Positions 8,525 through 17,783 of a stretch of 64,000 bases of DNA are shown here, piece after piece. A model generated the notes under the pieces. It worked only from the letters and a program-made list of their open reading frames with translations, made no database searches and was not told where the DNA came from. How positions within the stretch are numbered: the stretch's first letter is position 1; each line of letters starts with the position of its first letter. Both the position numbers and the translations under genes were made by a program. The DNA comes from Candidatus Binataceae bacterium (GTDB taxonomy: Bacteria; Desulfobacterota; Binatia; Binatales; Binataceae): the NCBI GenBank assembly GCA_035493515.1, contig DATJID010000070.1, positions 27,264 to 91,263 of the forward strand, in the 5' to 3' direction.

Positions 8525-10414
8525 TCAGGAACCGCTGGACGCTCCCGAGGCGGGGCCGTGGCGGCGGCTCTTCAGATGGAATGCGATGAGCGAAATCGCC
8601 GCCGGGGTCATCCCGGGCATCCGCGCCGCCTGTCCGAGCGACCGCGGTCGCACGCTGAGCAGGCGCTCGCGAACCTCGGTCGAAAGTCCGCTCACGGCCG
8701 AATAATCCACCCATTCGGGGATAACCGCGTCTTCGAGCCGTTTGAATCGGTCGACCATCTCAGCCTGCCGCCTGACGTAACCTTCATATTTGATGTCGAC
8801 TTCGAGTTGCGCGGCCTCGTCAACGTCGAGCCCTGGTCTCAGGCCTGCCATCGCCAGCACTGCGGCGTACGAGACCTCCGGCCGTTTCAAGAGCTCAAAG
8901 GCGCGTGTGGGATGCTCGATCGGTGTCGACCCGCAATCGAGCAGCATCGAATTGACTGCGTCATCCGCGGCAACGAGCGCTCCGGAAAGCCGCGCGACCT
9001 CGTCCTTGACGCGTTCGTCCTTGCTCCGCAACCGCTCGCCGGCAGCCGCATTGAGCAGGCCTATCCGCTCTCCGGCTGGCGTGAGTCGCCGATCCGCATT
9101 GTCTTCGCGCAACAGCAGGCGGTATTCGGCGCGCGACGTAAACATGCGATAGGGCTCGCCGCCGATACCGCGCGTTACCAGGTCATCGATCATGACACCG
9201 ATATAGGCCTCGTCGCGCCTCAGAATCAACGGAGATTCCTGGCGAATTCGCAACGCGGCATTGATTCCCGCCATCAACCCCTGCGCTCCCGCCTCTTCGT
9301 AGCCCGTAGTCCCGTTGATTTGGCCGGCGAAGAACAAGCCCTCGACCAGCTTGGTCTCAAGCGAAGGCTGTAACTGGGTGGGATCGGAAAAGTCATACTC
9401 GATAGCGTAACCGGGGCGCATGATTTCCGCGCGCTCAAGCCCTTTTATCGACCGCACCATCGCCAGTTGCACGTCGAGCGGCAGACTGGTCGAAAGTCCG
9501 TTGGGGTATACCTCCATCGTGTCGCGTCCCTCGGGTTCAAGAAAAATCTGGTGGCGTTCCTTATCACGAAAACGCATCACCTTGTCCTCGACCGACGGGC
9601 AATAGCGCGGCCCGCGGCTCTGGATCGCTCCGGAGTACATGGGCGACCGGTCGATCCCGCCGCGAATGATCTCGTGCGTCCGCGCATTGGTGTAGGTTAG
9701 ATGGCACGCGACCTGGTCCTGTTCGATCCGCTTGGTGCGAAACGAAAACGGCGGCGGCGGATCGTCGCCCGGCTGAATCTCGAGTTCGGAGTAGTCGATA
9801 CTGCGGCTGTCCAGGCGCGGGCAGGTGCCGGTCTTGAGCCGCCCGATACGGAAACCGAGTTGCGCGAGGTGCTCGCTAAGGCCCATCGCGGCAAAATCGC
9901 CCGCGCGGCCCGCCGAGTAATTGCGGAGCCCAATATGGACCAGGCCTTTTAAGAACGTCCCTGTAGTCAGGATGACGCATTCGGCTTCGAAAACCTCGCC
10001 GATTTGCGATTCCACGCCACGTACGTGTCCATCCTCGACCAGCAGGCGCTCCACACTCGCCTGGCGAATCGTCAGGTTGGGCGTGACCTCGAGCACACGC
10101 TTCATCCGCGCGCGGTAAGCGGCCTTGTCGGCCTGGGCGCGGCGCGCGCGCACGGCCGGTCCTTTGCGCGTGTTGAGGACGCGGAACTGGATTCCGGTTT
10201 CATCGATGGCGAGCGCCATTTCGCCGCCAAGCGCGTCGATCTCGCGCACCAGGTGCCCTTTGCCGATCCCGCCGATTGCCGGATTGCATGACATCTGGCC
10301 GATATGGTCGAGATTGAGCGTGAGCATCAGGGTGGGAACGCCCATCCGTGCCGCGGCCAGCGCGGCTTCGATACCTGCGTGACCGGCGCCGACAACGATT
10401 ACGCGAAAATTCAT
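8525..10414 (-). CDS. mnmG: tRNA uridine 5-carboxymethylaminomethyl modification enzyme MnmG (GidA)
   Basis: MNFRVIVVGAGHAGIEAA FAD motif and full-length GidA-like sequence (SCNPAIGGIGKGHLVREIDALGG). An alternative start lies at 10438. Confidence 0.95.
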   Translation of the reverse strand: MNFRVIVVGAGHAGIEAALAAARMGVPTLMLTLNLDHIGQMSCNPAIGGIGKGHLVREIDALGGEMALAIDETGIQFRVLNTRKGPAVRARRAQADKAAYRARMKRVLEVTPNLTIRQASVERLLVEDGHVRGVESQIGEVFEAECVILTTGTFLKGLVHIGLRNYSAGRAGDFAAMGLSEHLAQLGFRIGRLKTGTCPRLDSRSIDYSELEIQPGDDPPPPFSFRTKRIEQDQVACHLTYTNARTHEIIRGGIDRSPMYSGAIQSRGPRYCPSVEDKVMRFRDKERHQIFLEPEGRDTMEVYPNGLSTSLPLDVQLAMVRSIKGLERAEIMRPGYAIEYDFSDPTQLQPSLETKLVEGLFFAGQINGTTGYEEAGAQGLMAGINAALRIRQESPLILRRDEAYIGVMIDDLVTRGIGGEPYRMFTSRAEYRLLLREDNADRRLTPAGERIGLLNAAAGERLRSKDERVKDEVARLSGALVAADDAVNSMLLDCGSTPIEHPTRAFELLKRPEVSYAAVLAMAGLRPGLDVDEAAQLEVDIKYEGYVRRQAEMVDRFKRLEDAVIPEWVDYSAVSGLSTEVRERLLSVRPRSLGQAARMPGMTPAAISLIAFHLKSRRHGPASGASSGS

Positions 10415-10495
10415 AGAGGTGGGGATTATGGCGCGCATGACGCGTCAGGCCAAGCGCCATGAGGCGAGCGTTTATATACCAATAGTAGAGAAATA

Positions 10496-11878
10496 TTACT
10501 TTCCGATACAGAACTCGCGGAACACCGCGTCGAGCACATCCTCGGCGCCGACCTCGCCGGTGATCGCGCCCAGGGCCTCCGCCGCGGCCGCCGCGTCGAC
10601 CGCGACGATCTCGGGTGGCATGCCGGCGAGCGCGCTGGCTCGCGCGCGCTCGAGCGCTTCCAGAGCCGTCGCGAGTGCTTGACGATGACGCTCGCGGGAG
10701 ATCGCGACATCGTCACCCGGGCCCGAGGCGGCCAGCGCCTCGACCACGCGTCCCAGTTCGTCGCGCAGCGCCGGCGTGCCCTCGGCACTGAGCGCGGAGA
10801 AGCGCATTATCGGCATCCCCAGGCCCCGCTCCAAAAGGTCGGCGGGCGAGAGCGCCGGCGGCCGCAGGTCGGATTTATTGAGTAGCGCGACGCCGGCGCG
10901 CTCGCGGCAAAGTTCGAGCACTCGCGCGTCGTCGTCGTCGAAGGGGCGCGAAGAGTCAAAAACCGCAATCACGAGATCCGCCTCAGCGACACTGCTCAGC
11001 GTGCGCCCGATTCCGATACGCTCGACCTCGTCACCCGCCTCGCGGACCCCGGCGGTGTCCTGAAGCACGAGCGGCCAGGAGCCCAACGTAACCGATTCCT
11101 CGACAACGTCGCGGGTGGTTCCTGGAGTCGCGGTCACGATTGCGCGGTCGGCGCCGAGCATAAGGTTGAGCACGCTGGACTTGCCCGCGTTGGGCTTTCC
11201 CACAATGGTCGCGCGTGCGCCCTCGCGCGTGATACGCCCGCGCCGAAAGCTGTCATGGAGCAACGCAATGTCGTCGGCAAGGCGCGCGATTTCCGCAGCG
11301 ATTTCCTTGCGACCTGGCAGCTTGAGTCCCTCGTCCGCGAAGTCGATCTCAGTCTCCAGATGGGCTCGTATAGCAATTATGCCGCTGCGCAACTGCGTTA
11401 CTCGTTGCGTCAGCGCACCGCTAAGTTGCGCTAATGCTTGCTTAAGTGCGCTTTCGCTACGCACGTCTATCAAATCCGCAACCGCTTCTGCTTCGGTCAA
11501 ATCCATCCGCCCATTGAGGAAAGCGCGGCGGCTGAATTCGCCCGGATCGGCCATCCGGGCTCCGGCGGACATCGCGAGTCCCAGCACCCGGCGGACGATA
11601 AATGGCCCGCCATGACAGTGGAATTCCACGACATCCTCGCCCGTGAGGCTCGCCGGACCGGGCATCACGACGCACATCGCGCGGTCGATGATAGCGCCGG
11701 TTAGCGGGTCGAGAATCTCGCCGATACTGAGGCGGCGCGGTCGCAAGGGTGCCGAACGGAGCGATCGCCACAAAGTCGAGGCGATCTGCGTCGCATGGGC
11801 GCCCGAAAGTCGCACGATCGCAACGGCGCCTTTGCCCGCAGGCGTGGCCGGCGCGACGATAGTATCCTCGGCGTACAT
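10496..11878 (-). CDS. mnmE: tRNA modification GTPase MnmE (TrmE)
   Basis: DTIVAPATPAGKGAVAIVRLSG N-terminus, G-domain motifs (GKPNAGKSS, DTAG) and a C-terminal CIGK. ATG 11878 was chosen inside the longer track ORF. Confidence 0.93.
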   Translation of the reverse strand: MYAEDTIVAPATPAGKGAVAIVRLSGAHATQIASTLWRSLRSAPLRPRRLSIGEILDPLTGAIIDRAMCVVMPGPASLTGEDVVEFHCHGGPFIVRRVLGLAMSAGARMADPGEFSRRAFLNGRMDLTEAEAVADLIDVRSESALKQALAQLSGALTQRVTQLRSGIIAIRAHLETEIDFADEGLKLPGRKEIAAEIARLADDIALLHDSFRRGRITREGARATIVGKPNAGKSSVLNLMLGADRAIVTATPGTTRDVVEESVTLGSWPLVLQDTAGVREAGDEVERIGIGRTLSSVAEADLVIAVFDSSRPFDDDDARVLELCRERAGVALLNKSDLRPPALSPADLLERGLGMPIMRFSALSAEGTPALRDELGRVVEALAASGPGDDVAISRERHRQALATALEALERARASALAGMPPEIVAVDAAAAAEALGAITGEVGAEDVLDAVFREFCIGK

Positions 11879-12087
11879 CAGCGCATCGACTTCATTGGTG
11901 TGGGCCGCGCGCACGACGGACAATTCCCGCGCATCCAACCTGCCTTTTGATAGCACAATAGGCTTGCCCGCGCGGCGTCCGTATGGTTCGATGGCTTGTT
12001 CAGCGTGAGGCTCGCGCCTCGTCGTGAATAATCAAACATGGTGGGCTCGACACGAGCCGGCATTCGGCCTCGTTCTGGCTTCAGGCG

Positions 12088-12246
12088 ATGAAAAGGACTT
12101 ATCAACCGCACAACCGCCGCCGTTTACGAACGCACGGATTCATGGCGCGTATGGCCACGCCGGGGGGAAGAAACATTCTCAGACGCCGGCGCGCCAAAGG
12201 GCGCGTGCGCCTGGCGATCAGCATTCCTCCCAAGCAGCCCGGCTAG
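12088..12246 (+). CDS. rpmH: 50S ribosomal protein L34
   Basis: Not in the ORF track (52 aa). Hand translation gives [52 protein letters not shown], ending at TAG 12244-12246. It sits directly upstream of rnpA. Confidence 0.9.
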   Translation: MKRTYQPHNRRRLRTHGFMARMATPGGRNILRRRRAKGRVRLAISIPPKQPG

Positions 12247-12265
12247 ACCGGCGGCGGTCGCCGTC

Positions 12266-12685
12266 TTGATCTCCAACTCGGCGGGGTTCGGCGCGGCCGA
12301 CCGGTTGCGCAAGTCCGGAGAATTTCTTGCGCTCCAGCGCCGAGGCGCGCGACACCAGAGCGGACATTTTGTGCTCTACGGTGATGTTGGCGACGCGGCC
12401 GGCGAGCGCTCGCGGCTGGGAATCACGGTCTCGCGCCGGATCGGCAACGCCGTGGTGCGCAACCGGGTCAAGCGCCGCGTGCGAGAGTGCTACCGGCTTA
12501 AACTGCGCGCGATGTTACCGGCGGGAGTGGCGATGGTGGTGATCGCGCGCAAGGGCGCCGGCGAGCTCGAATGGACGGCGATCGACGCCGAACTTCTCGG
12601 CGGGGTCGCCAAGCTCGGCTGCAAACTCAGCGGCAAGCTCAACCAATCCGTACCTATGCCGGGACCGGAGCGTCGCAGTGATTGA
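12266..12685 (+). CDS. rnpA: Ribonuclease P protein component
   Basis: TTG start. [14 protein letters not shown]...[24 protein letters not shown] (RNR motif). Position after rpmH fits. Confidence 0.85.
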   Translation: MISNSAGFGAADRLRKSGEFLALQRRGARHQSGHFVLYGDVGDAAGERSRLGITVSRRIGNAVVRNRVKRRVRECYRLKLRAMLPAGVAMVVIARKGAGELEWTAIDAELLGGVAKLGCKLSGKLNQSVPMPGPERRSD

Positions 12686-12965
12686 ACCAGTCTGCAGGCG
12701 GCTTCGCGCCGCGCCTGTGGCGGCGGCACTGGGCGCCGTTACGGCCTACAGGCGCCTGATCTCGCCGGTGCTGACGGTAATGACCGGTCCCGTCTGCCGC
12801 TTCGAGCCGACCTGTTCCGAATACGCACATCAGGCCTTGGCTATTCACGGCCTTGGCCGCGGCCTTTACCTTAGCCTGCGCCGGCTTTTGCGCTGCCGTC
12901 CGTTGGGCGGATACGGTTACGACCCCGTGCCGGCGAATCCGGCCCGAAGCCCGCAACCTTCCTGA
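12678..12965 (+). CDS. yidD: Membrane protein insertion efficiency factor YidD
   Basis: YRRLISPVL...[17 protein letters not shown] signature. Overlaps the rnpA end and precedes yidC. Confidence 0.85.
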   Translation: MIEPVCRRLRAAPVAAALGAVTAYRRLISPVLTVMTGPVCRFEPTCSEYAHQALAIHGLGRGLYLSLRRLLRCRPLGGYGYDPVPANPARSPQPS

Positions 12966-12974
12966 AGGAGCAAT

Positions 12975-14711
12975 TTGGACAGTACACGCCAGATCGTCAT
13001 CTTCGTCCTGCTGGTCGTCGCGGCGATCTTTTATGCCGATATCATCCGCTGGATTCGTCCGCCGAAGGCGCCAATCGGTCAACCGACGGCGCAGCGAACC
13101 GGCGCCACACCGGCCGTCCCGGCTCGGTCGGGTACAGCTCCGATACAGGCTTCGACGGAGCCGCCAGCGGCGTCCCCGATGGCGACCGCCGGCTCGACCG
13201 AGCAGCCGACGGGCGGCGTCCCGGAACCCGAATCGCTGACCCCGCCGACGCTGAGCACCGGCCCCTCGCGCACGATAGAAGCCGACACTGACCTTTACCA
13301 CGCCACCTTTACGGCCAAGGGCGCGCGTCTCCTGAGCTTCCGGCTGAAGCGCTATCGGGAAACGGTACGCAAGGATAGTCCGCAATACGACGTCGTCGTG
13401 CAGGGCGAGCGTCTGCCGCTCGGGCTGATTGTCAACCGCGACGGTAAAATCTTCGGCGATTCGGGCGTCGACTACACGACTGACGCGCCCGCGCAGGTCG
13501 TTATCGGACCGGGCAACGACACCGCGACGGTGACCTTCACCGCCGATACCCGGGAAGGGCTCAAGCTGACCAAGCGTTTCATCTTCCGCAATGGCCGATA
13601 CCTATACGACATCGAAGCGGAAGTTGGCGGTGCGACCCCTGACGTCAAGGCGATTGGGTTCACCATGACCCAGCCGCTGACCGAGCGTGCGCCGGAGCAG
13701 GGCTATCGGGATTATCCGGCGCTTGAGGCCGATATCGATGGCAAGGTCCTCAATGAATACCAGAAACAGCTCGAAAAGGGCCTTGCGCCGGTCTCTGGCG
13801 ACATCGCCTTCGCCGGCATTGGCGATCGCTATTTCCTTTCCGCCTTCATCCCCAAGGCGCCCACCAAGGGCGAGCTGCGGATGGAGTACAGCGGGGGCGA
13901 GGCGCGGGCCGAGGTGCTGTTTCCGGGAGCGCTGAAGGCTTCGACTGCGGTTTACATGGGGCCCAAGCAGCTCAATTTGCTGGAGGCTGCGAGTCCGACG
14001 CTGAGCAAGGCAATCAACTTCGGCTGGTTCGGGCTGCTGGCGGTGGTTTTTCTACGCGCGCTGCAACTCCTGCATACCATCGCGCCGAACTACGGCTGGG
14101 ACATCATATTACTGACGCTCGCGGTACGGCTGGCTACCCTGCCGGCGTCAATCAAGGCCCAGCGCTCGGCGCTGCGGATGCAACGGCTCGCCCCGCAGGT
14201 CGAGAAAATCCGCGCCAAATTCAAGGATGATTCGACGGCGCTCAATCGCGAGATGATGGAGCTGTACAAGCGTAACCACGTCAACCCGCTCGGAGGATGC
14301 CTCCCCACGGCTATCCAGTTTCCGATCCTTTATGGCTTGTACGAGGCGCTGCTCAATTCGGTAGAGCTTCGCCATGCCCCATTCATCTTCTGGATCAGGG
14401 ATTTGTCGGCGCCCGACTGCCTGCCCATCGCCTGGATGCCCAAGGTACCGGGGATTGACTGCCATGGCCTGCCGATCGTGGTTTTGCTGATGGGCATTAG
14501 CACGTTCGCCCAGCAATGGATGATGCCCAAGGCGGGCGACCCCAATCAGCAGAAGATGATGATGTGGATGCCTATCTTCTTCACCGTGCTGTTTATAGCT
14601 TTGCCAGCCGGGTTGTCCCTCTATTACTTTGCCTCCAACGTACTGGGTATAATTCAACAGTTTTTCCTGAATCGGGAATTCAAACAGTACACCCCAGTTG
14701 CCGCAGCATGA
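12975..14711 (+). CDS. yidC: Membrane protein insertase YidC
   Basis: N-terminal TM helix, a large periplasmic domain and a conserved C-terminal 60-kDa insertase core (NPLGGCLP, PIFFTVLFIALPAGLSLYYF). Confidence 0.93.
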   Translation: MDSTRQIVIFVLLVVAAIFYADIIRWIRPPKAPIGQPTAQRTGATPAVPARSGTAPIQASTEPPAASPMATAGSTEQPTGGVPEPESLTPPTLSTGPSRTIEADTDLYHATFTAKGARLLSFRLKRYRETVRKDSPQYDVVVQGERLPLGLIVNRDGKIFGDSGVDYTTDAPAQVVIGPGNDTATVTFTADTREGLKLTKRFIFRNGRYLYDIEAEVGGATPDVKAIGFTMTQPLTERAPEQGYRDYPALEADIDGKVLNEYQKQLEKGLAPVSGDIAFAGIGDRYFLSAFIPKAPTKGELRMEYSGGEARAEVLFPGALKASTAVYMGPKQLNLLEAASPTLSKAINFGWFGLLAVVFLRALQLLHTIAPNYGWDIILLTLAVRLATLPASIKAQRSALRMQRLAPQVEKIRAKFKDDSTALNREMMELYKRNHVNPLGGCLPTAIQFPILYGLYEALLNSVELRHAPFIFWIRDLSAPDCLPIAWMPKVPGIDCHGLPIVVLLMGISTFAQQWMMPKAGDPNQQKMMMWMPIFFTVLFIALPAGLSLYYFASNVLGIIQQFFLNREFKQYTPVAAA

Positions 14712-15877
14712 GCGAACCTAACGAAGCGATCGAGGTAACCGCCCCCAGCGTCGATGAAGCGATCAAGCAGGCGCTCGATCAGCTGGGAGCCTCCGAGGAC
14801 GATGTCATTATCCACGTGCTGAGCACCCCGCGCTCCGGCGTGCTCGGACTCGGCGCGCGCCAAGCCCGCGTGCGCGTGGAACGCCGAGCGCCACAAGGCG
14901 CGCGTAGCGGCGTCATGTCACCGCCGCCCGCGCCGCCGCCGCGTCCGCGCGCGCCCGCTCAGTCCACCGCCGCAAGCGCAGCCGGTACCGGCGAACCGCG
15001 GACCGCGCCGCCATTGCGCGCTCATAGCCAGCAACGCACTGCCGAACAGCCGCGCGAGCGTGAAGCACCGCGCGAACACGATCAACTTCGCGAGCGCAAT
15101 CAGGCGCCCGAACGCGACCGGCGCCGCGATCAGCCGCCGCCGTCGCGGTCAAGCGGCCCCGCACAGCGCCGCAACGACGCCGCCGCGCCGCGGCATGAGG
15201 AAGGCTCGAGCGGAGGCGACGAGGATGGAAGCGAAGCAGGGCGGAAAGCGGTCGGGCTTGATGAGCAGGCGCGCGAGGCAACTGCCATCCTGGCGCACGT
15301 GCTCGAACTGATGGGCGAGCGCGGAGAGATCACCGTCACTGAGGAAGACTCGGAGGGAATCGAGCTGGCCATCAAGGGCGACGGCTCCGGGCTGCTCATC
15401 GGACGCCATGGCCAGACCCTGGATTCGCTGGAATATCTCGTCAATCGCATCCTGGCGCGGCGGGTCAAGGACGCCGTGCCAATCACGGTCGACACGGAAT
15501 CTTACCGCGAGCGCCGCCGGCGCCAGCTTCATCGGATGGCGCTCTCGATGGCCGAGCAGACTAAGCGCGAGCATGCCTCTGTCACGCTTGATCCGATGCC
15601 GCCGCGCGACCGGCGCATCGTGCACCTCGCGCTCAAAGACGATCCGCTGATCACGACCCGCTCCACGGGCGACGGTTTCCTGCGCGCGGTCGAGATAATT
15701 CCTGTTGGCGAGCGCCGCGAAAGTGCTCGCGGCGACGGGCGGCCGCGAGGCGGCGGCGGTGGCAGTGGTGGCGGCCGCAATCGCGATCGCGAGCGAGAGT
15801 CCGAGCCGCAGCGCGAGCGCGATCAACCGGTCGGCCAGCAAGGTGGCTTCAAGCACGGTCAGAAACGGATGTTCTAG
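14708..15877 (+). CDS. jag: Jag/KhpB-type RNA-binding protein (Jag_N + KH + R3H) with long disordered insert and RGG-rich tail
   Basis: ATG 14708 overlaps the yidC stop (ATGA). Jag_N (IEVTAPSVDEAIKQALDQLG), a KH-like region (GIELAIKGDGSGLLIGRHGQTLDSLEYL) and R3H (RIVHLALKDDP) are present. Confidence 0.8.
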   Translation: MSEPNEAIEVTAPSVDEAIKQALDQLGASEDDVIIHVLSTPRSGVLGLGARQARVRVERRAPQGARSGVMSPPPAPPPRPRAPAQSTAASAAGTGEPRTAPPLRAHSQQRTAEQPREREAPREHDQLRERNQAPERDRRRDQPPPSRSSGPAQRRNDAAAPRHEEGSSGGDEDGSEAGRKAVGLDEQAREATAILAHVLELMGERGEITVTEEDSEGIELAIKGDGSGLLIGRHGQTLDSLEYLVNRILARRVKDAVPITVDTESYRERRRRQLHRMALSMAEQTKREHASVTLDPMPPRDRRIVHLALKDDPLITTRSTGDGFLRAVEIIPVGERRESARGDGRPRGGGGGSGGGRNRDRERESEPQRERDQPVGQQGGFKHGQKRMF

Positions 15878-15889
15878 CTCTAATAAAAC

Positions 15890-15912
15890 CCTCCCGACTG
15901 TCTTGCGGGAGG
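15890..15912 (+). terminator. Possible stem-loop terminator after jag
   Basis: CCTCCCG-actgtcttg-CGGGAGG, a 7-bp stem, 13 nt after the jag stop. There is no clear U-tract. Confidence 0.3.
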
Positions 15913-16038
15913 CGGTCAGTATCCTGTCCGACCGTTCAAAATGTCCGAATTTCTTCGGAAACCCCCGTCCAAGGCCTACGTATCGTTAGATGGAGGCTGA
16001 TGCGATGGTTGATGGGCTGAGCTCGGGAGGAGCTGAAG

Positions 16039-17625
16039 ATGAGGGCACTTAAGAGTCTTGTGGCAGCGGCCGTTGTGATGTTGATGCTGACGGCGCCGGC
16101 GCTCGCGCAATATGCCCCGTGGCCTGCACAAGCACCTCCCCCACCGGTATGGGGCGAATACGATCAGAGCCACACCTGGCACGACGCGTCATGGTGGTGG
16201 GCGAACCAGCCCGAGTGGGTTCAAGCCAATCATCCGGAATGGTGGGGCGATTTCGACGAAGACCACATGTGGCATCCCGCCGGGTGGTGGTGGCAGAACG
16301 AGCCAGCCTGGACGCAACTACATCATCCCGAGTGGTGGGGCGATTTTTACCAGGGCGTATGGTACCCCGCTTCCTGGTGGTGGCAGTATCAGCCCGCCTG
16401 GGCGCGCGCGAATCATCCCGAATGGTGGGGCTACCGCGACAATGGTGTCTGGTATCCGGCGTCGTGGTGGTGGCGGCATAAGCGCGAATGGATGCTCGAA
16501 CATCATCCTGACTGGTGGGGCAACGATTACCAGGGAACGTGGTATCCGGCGTCGTGGTGGTGGCAGAACGACCCCGTTTGGGTGCAGGAGAATCATCCCG
16601 ACTGGTGGGGCGACTACGATCAGGACCGATGGTACCCGGCCGATTGGTGGTGGGCGCATCGGCCCGACTACGCGCGCCAGAATCATCCCGACTGGTGGGG
16701 CGATTTCGACGACCATCACGTCTGGCACAACGACTCGTGGTGGCATCAGAACAATCCCACCTGGATTCCCCAGCATCATCCCGAATGGCAGGGCGACACC
16801 GACGCCCAGCATCAATGGCATGACCTGAACTGGTGGGCGGCCAGAGAGCCCCAGGTCGCGGTCGCGCGTCACCCGGACTGGCGCCAGCCGCTGCAACAGT
16901 CAATCGAGCGCCAGCACGTCGAGCAGCAGCACGCGATCGAGAATCATCACGATACTCAGGCGCAGGTGATCGCGCGCCAGCATACCGAGCAGCTTCAGGT
17001 GGTGGAGCGAAAAAGCCAGGCCCAGCTGCAAACGATCGAGCAACAGCACACCCGGCGGATGTCGGACCTCGAGCGCCAACACGAGCAACAGCAACTGCCG
17101 CAGCGCCAATTACGGCAACCACCCCAGCGGCTGGAACAGCAGCCGCCGCCGCCGCAACACCCGCCGCAGCAGCGAGGGCCGGCCGGCCCGCCCGCATCAG
17201 GAGCGGGACTGCAGGCCCTGCAACAGCACGAGCAGCAGGTGCAGGCGCTGGAGCGCCAGCATCAGCAGCAAGTGCTGGCGGCGACGCAACGGCAAATGCA
17301 GCAGGAGCAGGCCGCGGCCCAACAACACCTCGCGCAGCAGCAAGCGCTCGAGCGCACGCAGGCGGCGCGGGAGCAGGCCGTCGAGAGCCGGCACAATCAA
17401 CAGCTTCAGGCGTTGTCACATCCGAACCCCAAGCCGCCCCCGCCGCGGATCGCGCCTCCGCCCCCGCCGCAGTTTCACGGCAATCCGATTCCGCCGCATC
17501 GGGCGGCTGCGGCTTTGCCACCTTCGCACGGTCCCGCTCCCGGCGGCCCACCGCCGCAGCACGGTGCTCCGCCCCCTCAAGCGGCGCATGGCGGCGGACC
17601 CCAGGGGCCGCAGAAGCATCACTAG
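16039..17625 (+). CDS. Secreted Trp-rich tandem-repeat protein with Gln/His-rich coiled-coil and Pro-rich tail (function unknown)
   Basis: ATG 16039 is preceded by GGGAGGAG. Signal peptide MRALKSLVAAAVVMLMLTAPALA|Q. Eight 30-31-aa repeats of the form HP[ED]WWGD.D...W[YH]PA.WWW.N.P.W...N, followed by ERQH/QQ-rich segments and PPPP stretches. Confidence 0.7.
   Translation: MRALKSLVAAAVVMLMLTAPALAQYAPWPAQAPPPPVWGEYDQSHTWHDASWWWANQPEWVQANHPEWWGDFDEDHMWHPAGWWWQNEPAWTQLHHPEWWGDFYQGVWYPASWWWQYQPAWARANHPEWWGYRDNGVWYPASWWWRHKREWMLEHHPDWWGNDYQGTWYPASWWWQNDPVWVQENHPDWWGDYDQDRWYPADWWWAHRPDYARQNHPDWWGDFDDHHVWHNDSWWHQNNPTWIPQHHPEWQGDTDAQHQWHDLNWWAAREPQVAVARHPDWRQPLQQSIERQHVEQQHAIENHHDTQAQVIARQHTEQLQVVERKSQAQLQTIEQQHTRRMSDLERQHEQQQLPQRQLRQPPQRLEQQPPPPQHPPQQRGPAGPPASGAGLQALQQHEQQVQALERQHQQQVLAATQRQMQQEQAAAQQHLAQQQALERTQAAREQAVESRHNQQLQALSHPNPKPPPPRIAPPPPPQFHGNPIPPHRAAAALPPSHGPAPGGPPPQHGAPPPQAAHGGGPQGPQKHH
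16111..16890 (+). repeat. Intragenic tandem repeat, about 8 units of 90-93 bp
   Basis: The unit start recurs as (c/a)atcatcc(c/t)ga(g/a/c)tggtggggc at about 16231, 16324, 16414, 16504, 16594, 16684 and 16777. The repeats are in frame and encode the Trp-rich units. Confidence 0.85.
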
Positions 17626-17681
17626 CGCGGACGCAACAGACCGGCCCCAGGGTGCGGCGGTCATCGGGAAGGAACGTGACG

Positions 17682-17720
17682 GCGGCGCCGGATACGCGAG
17701 GATCGCGAATCCGGCGCCGC
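17682..17720. terminator. Long GC hairpin between convergent genes (probable bidirectional terminator)
   Basis: GCGGCGCCGGAT-a-CGCGA-gga-TCGCG-a-ATCCGGCGCCGC gives 12+5 bp of perfect pairing. It lies between the repeat-protein stop (17625) and the ferredoxin stop (17784). There is no U-tract. Confidence 0.5.
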
Positions 17721-17783
17721 TGGTCGATTCGGGCCGTTAGCTTATCTGGCTCAGTCGCCTGCGATTAGCTGGGCGCACCACCG

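Noticed and set aside
11879-12087. Possible oriC in the divergent mnmE/rpmH spacer
   Set aside because: I saw only one 8/9 DnaA-box-like match (TTATTCACG on the minus strand, 12023-12031). The spacer is not AT-rich, there is no DUE-like element, and dnaA is absent from the window. The evidence is insufficient.
16111-16890. Regular about 90-bp periodicity as a CRISPR-like array
   Set aside because: The repeats are contiguous, with no unique spacers. They are imperfect, in frame and inside a translated ORF. No cas genes are present.
16049-17551. 500-aa minus-strand ORF, plus several plus-strand off-frame ORFs (16112..16828, 16833..17768)
   Set aside because: They overlap the Trp-rich repeat gene. 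They lack an RBS and a signal peptide, and they are Arg/Ala/Gly/Pro-rich translations of the same repeats. The plus-strand frame at 16039 has the RBS, the signal peptide and selective conservation of repeat positions.
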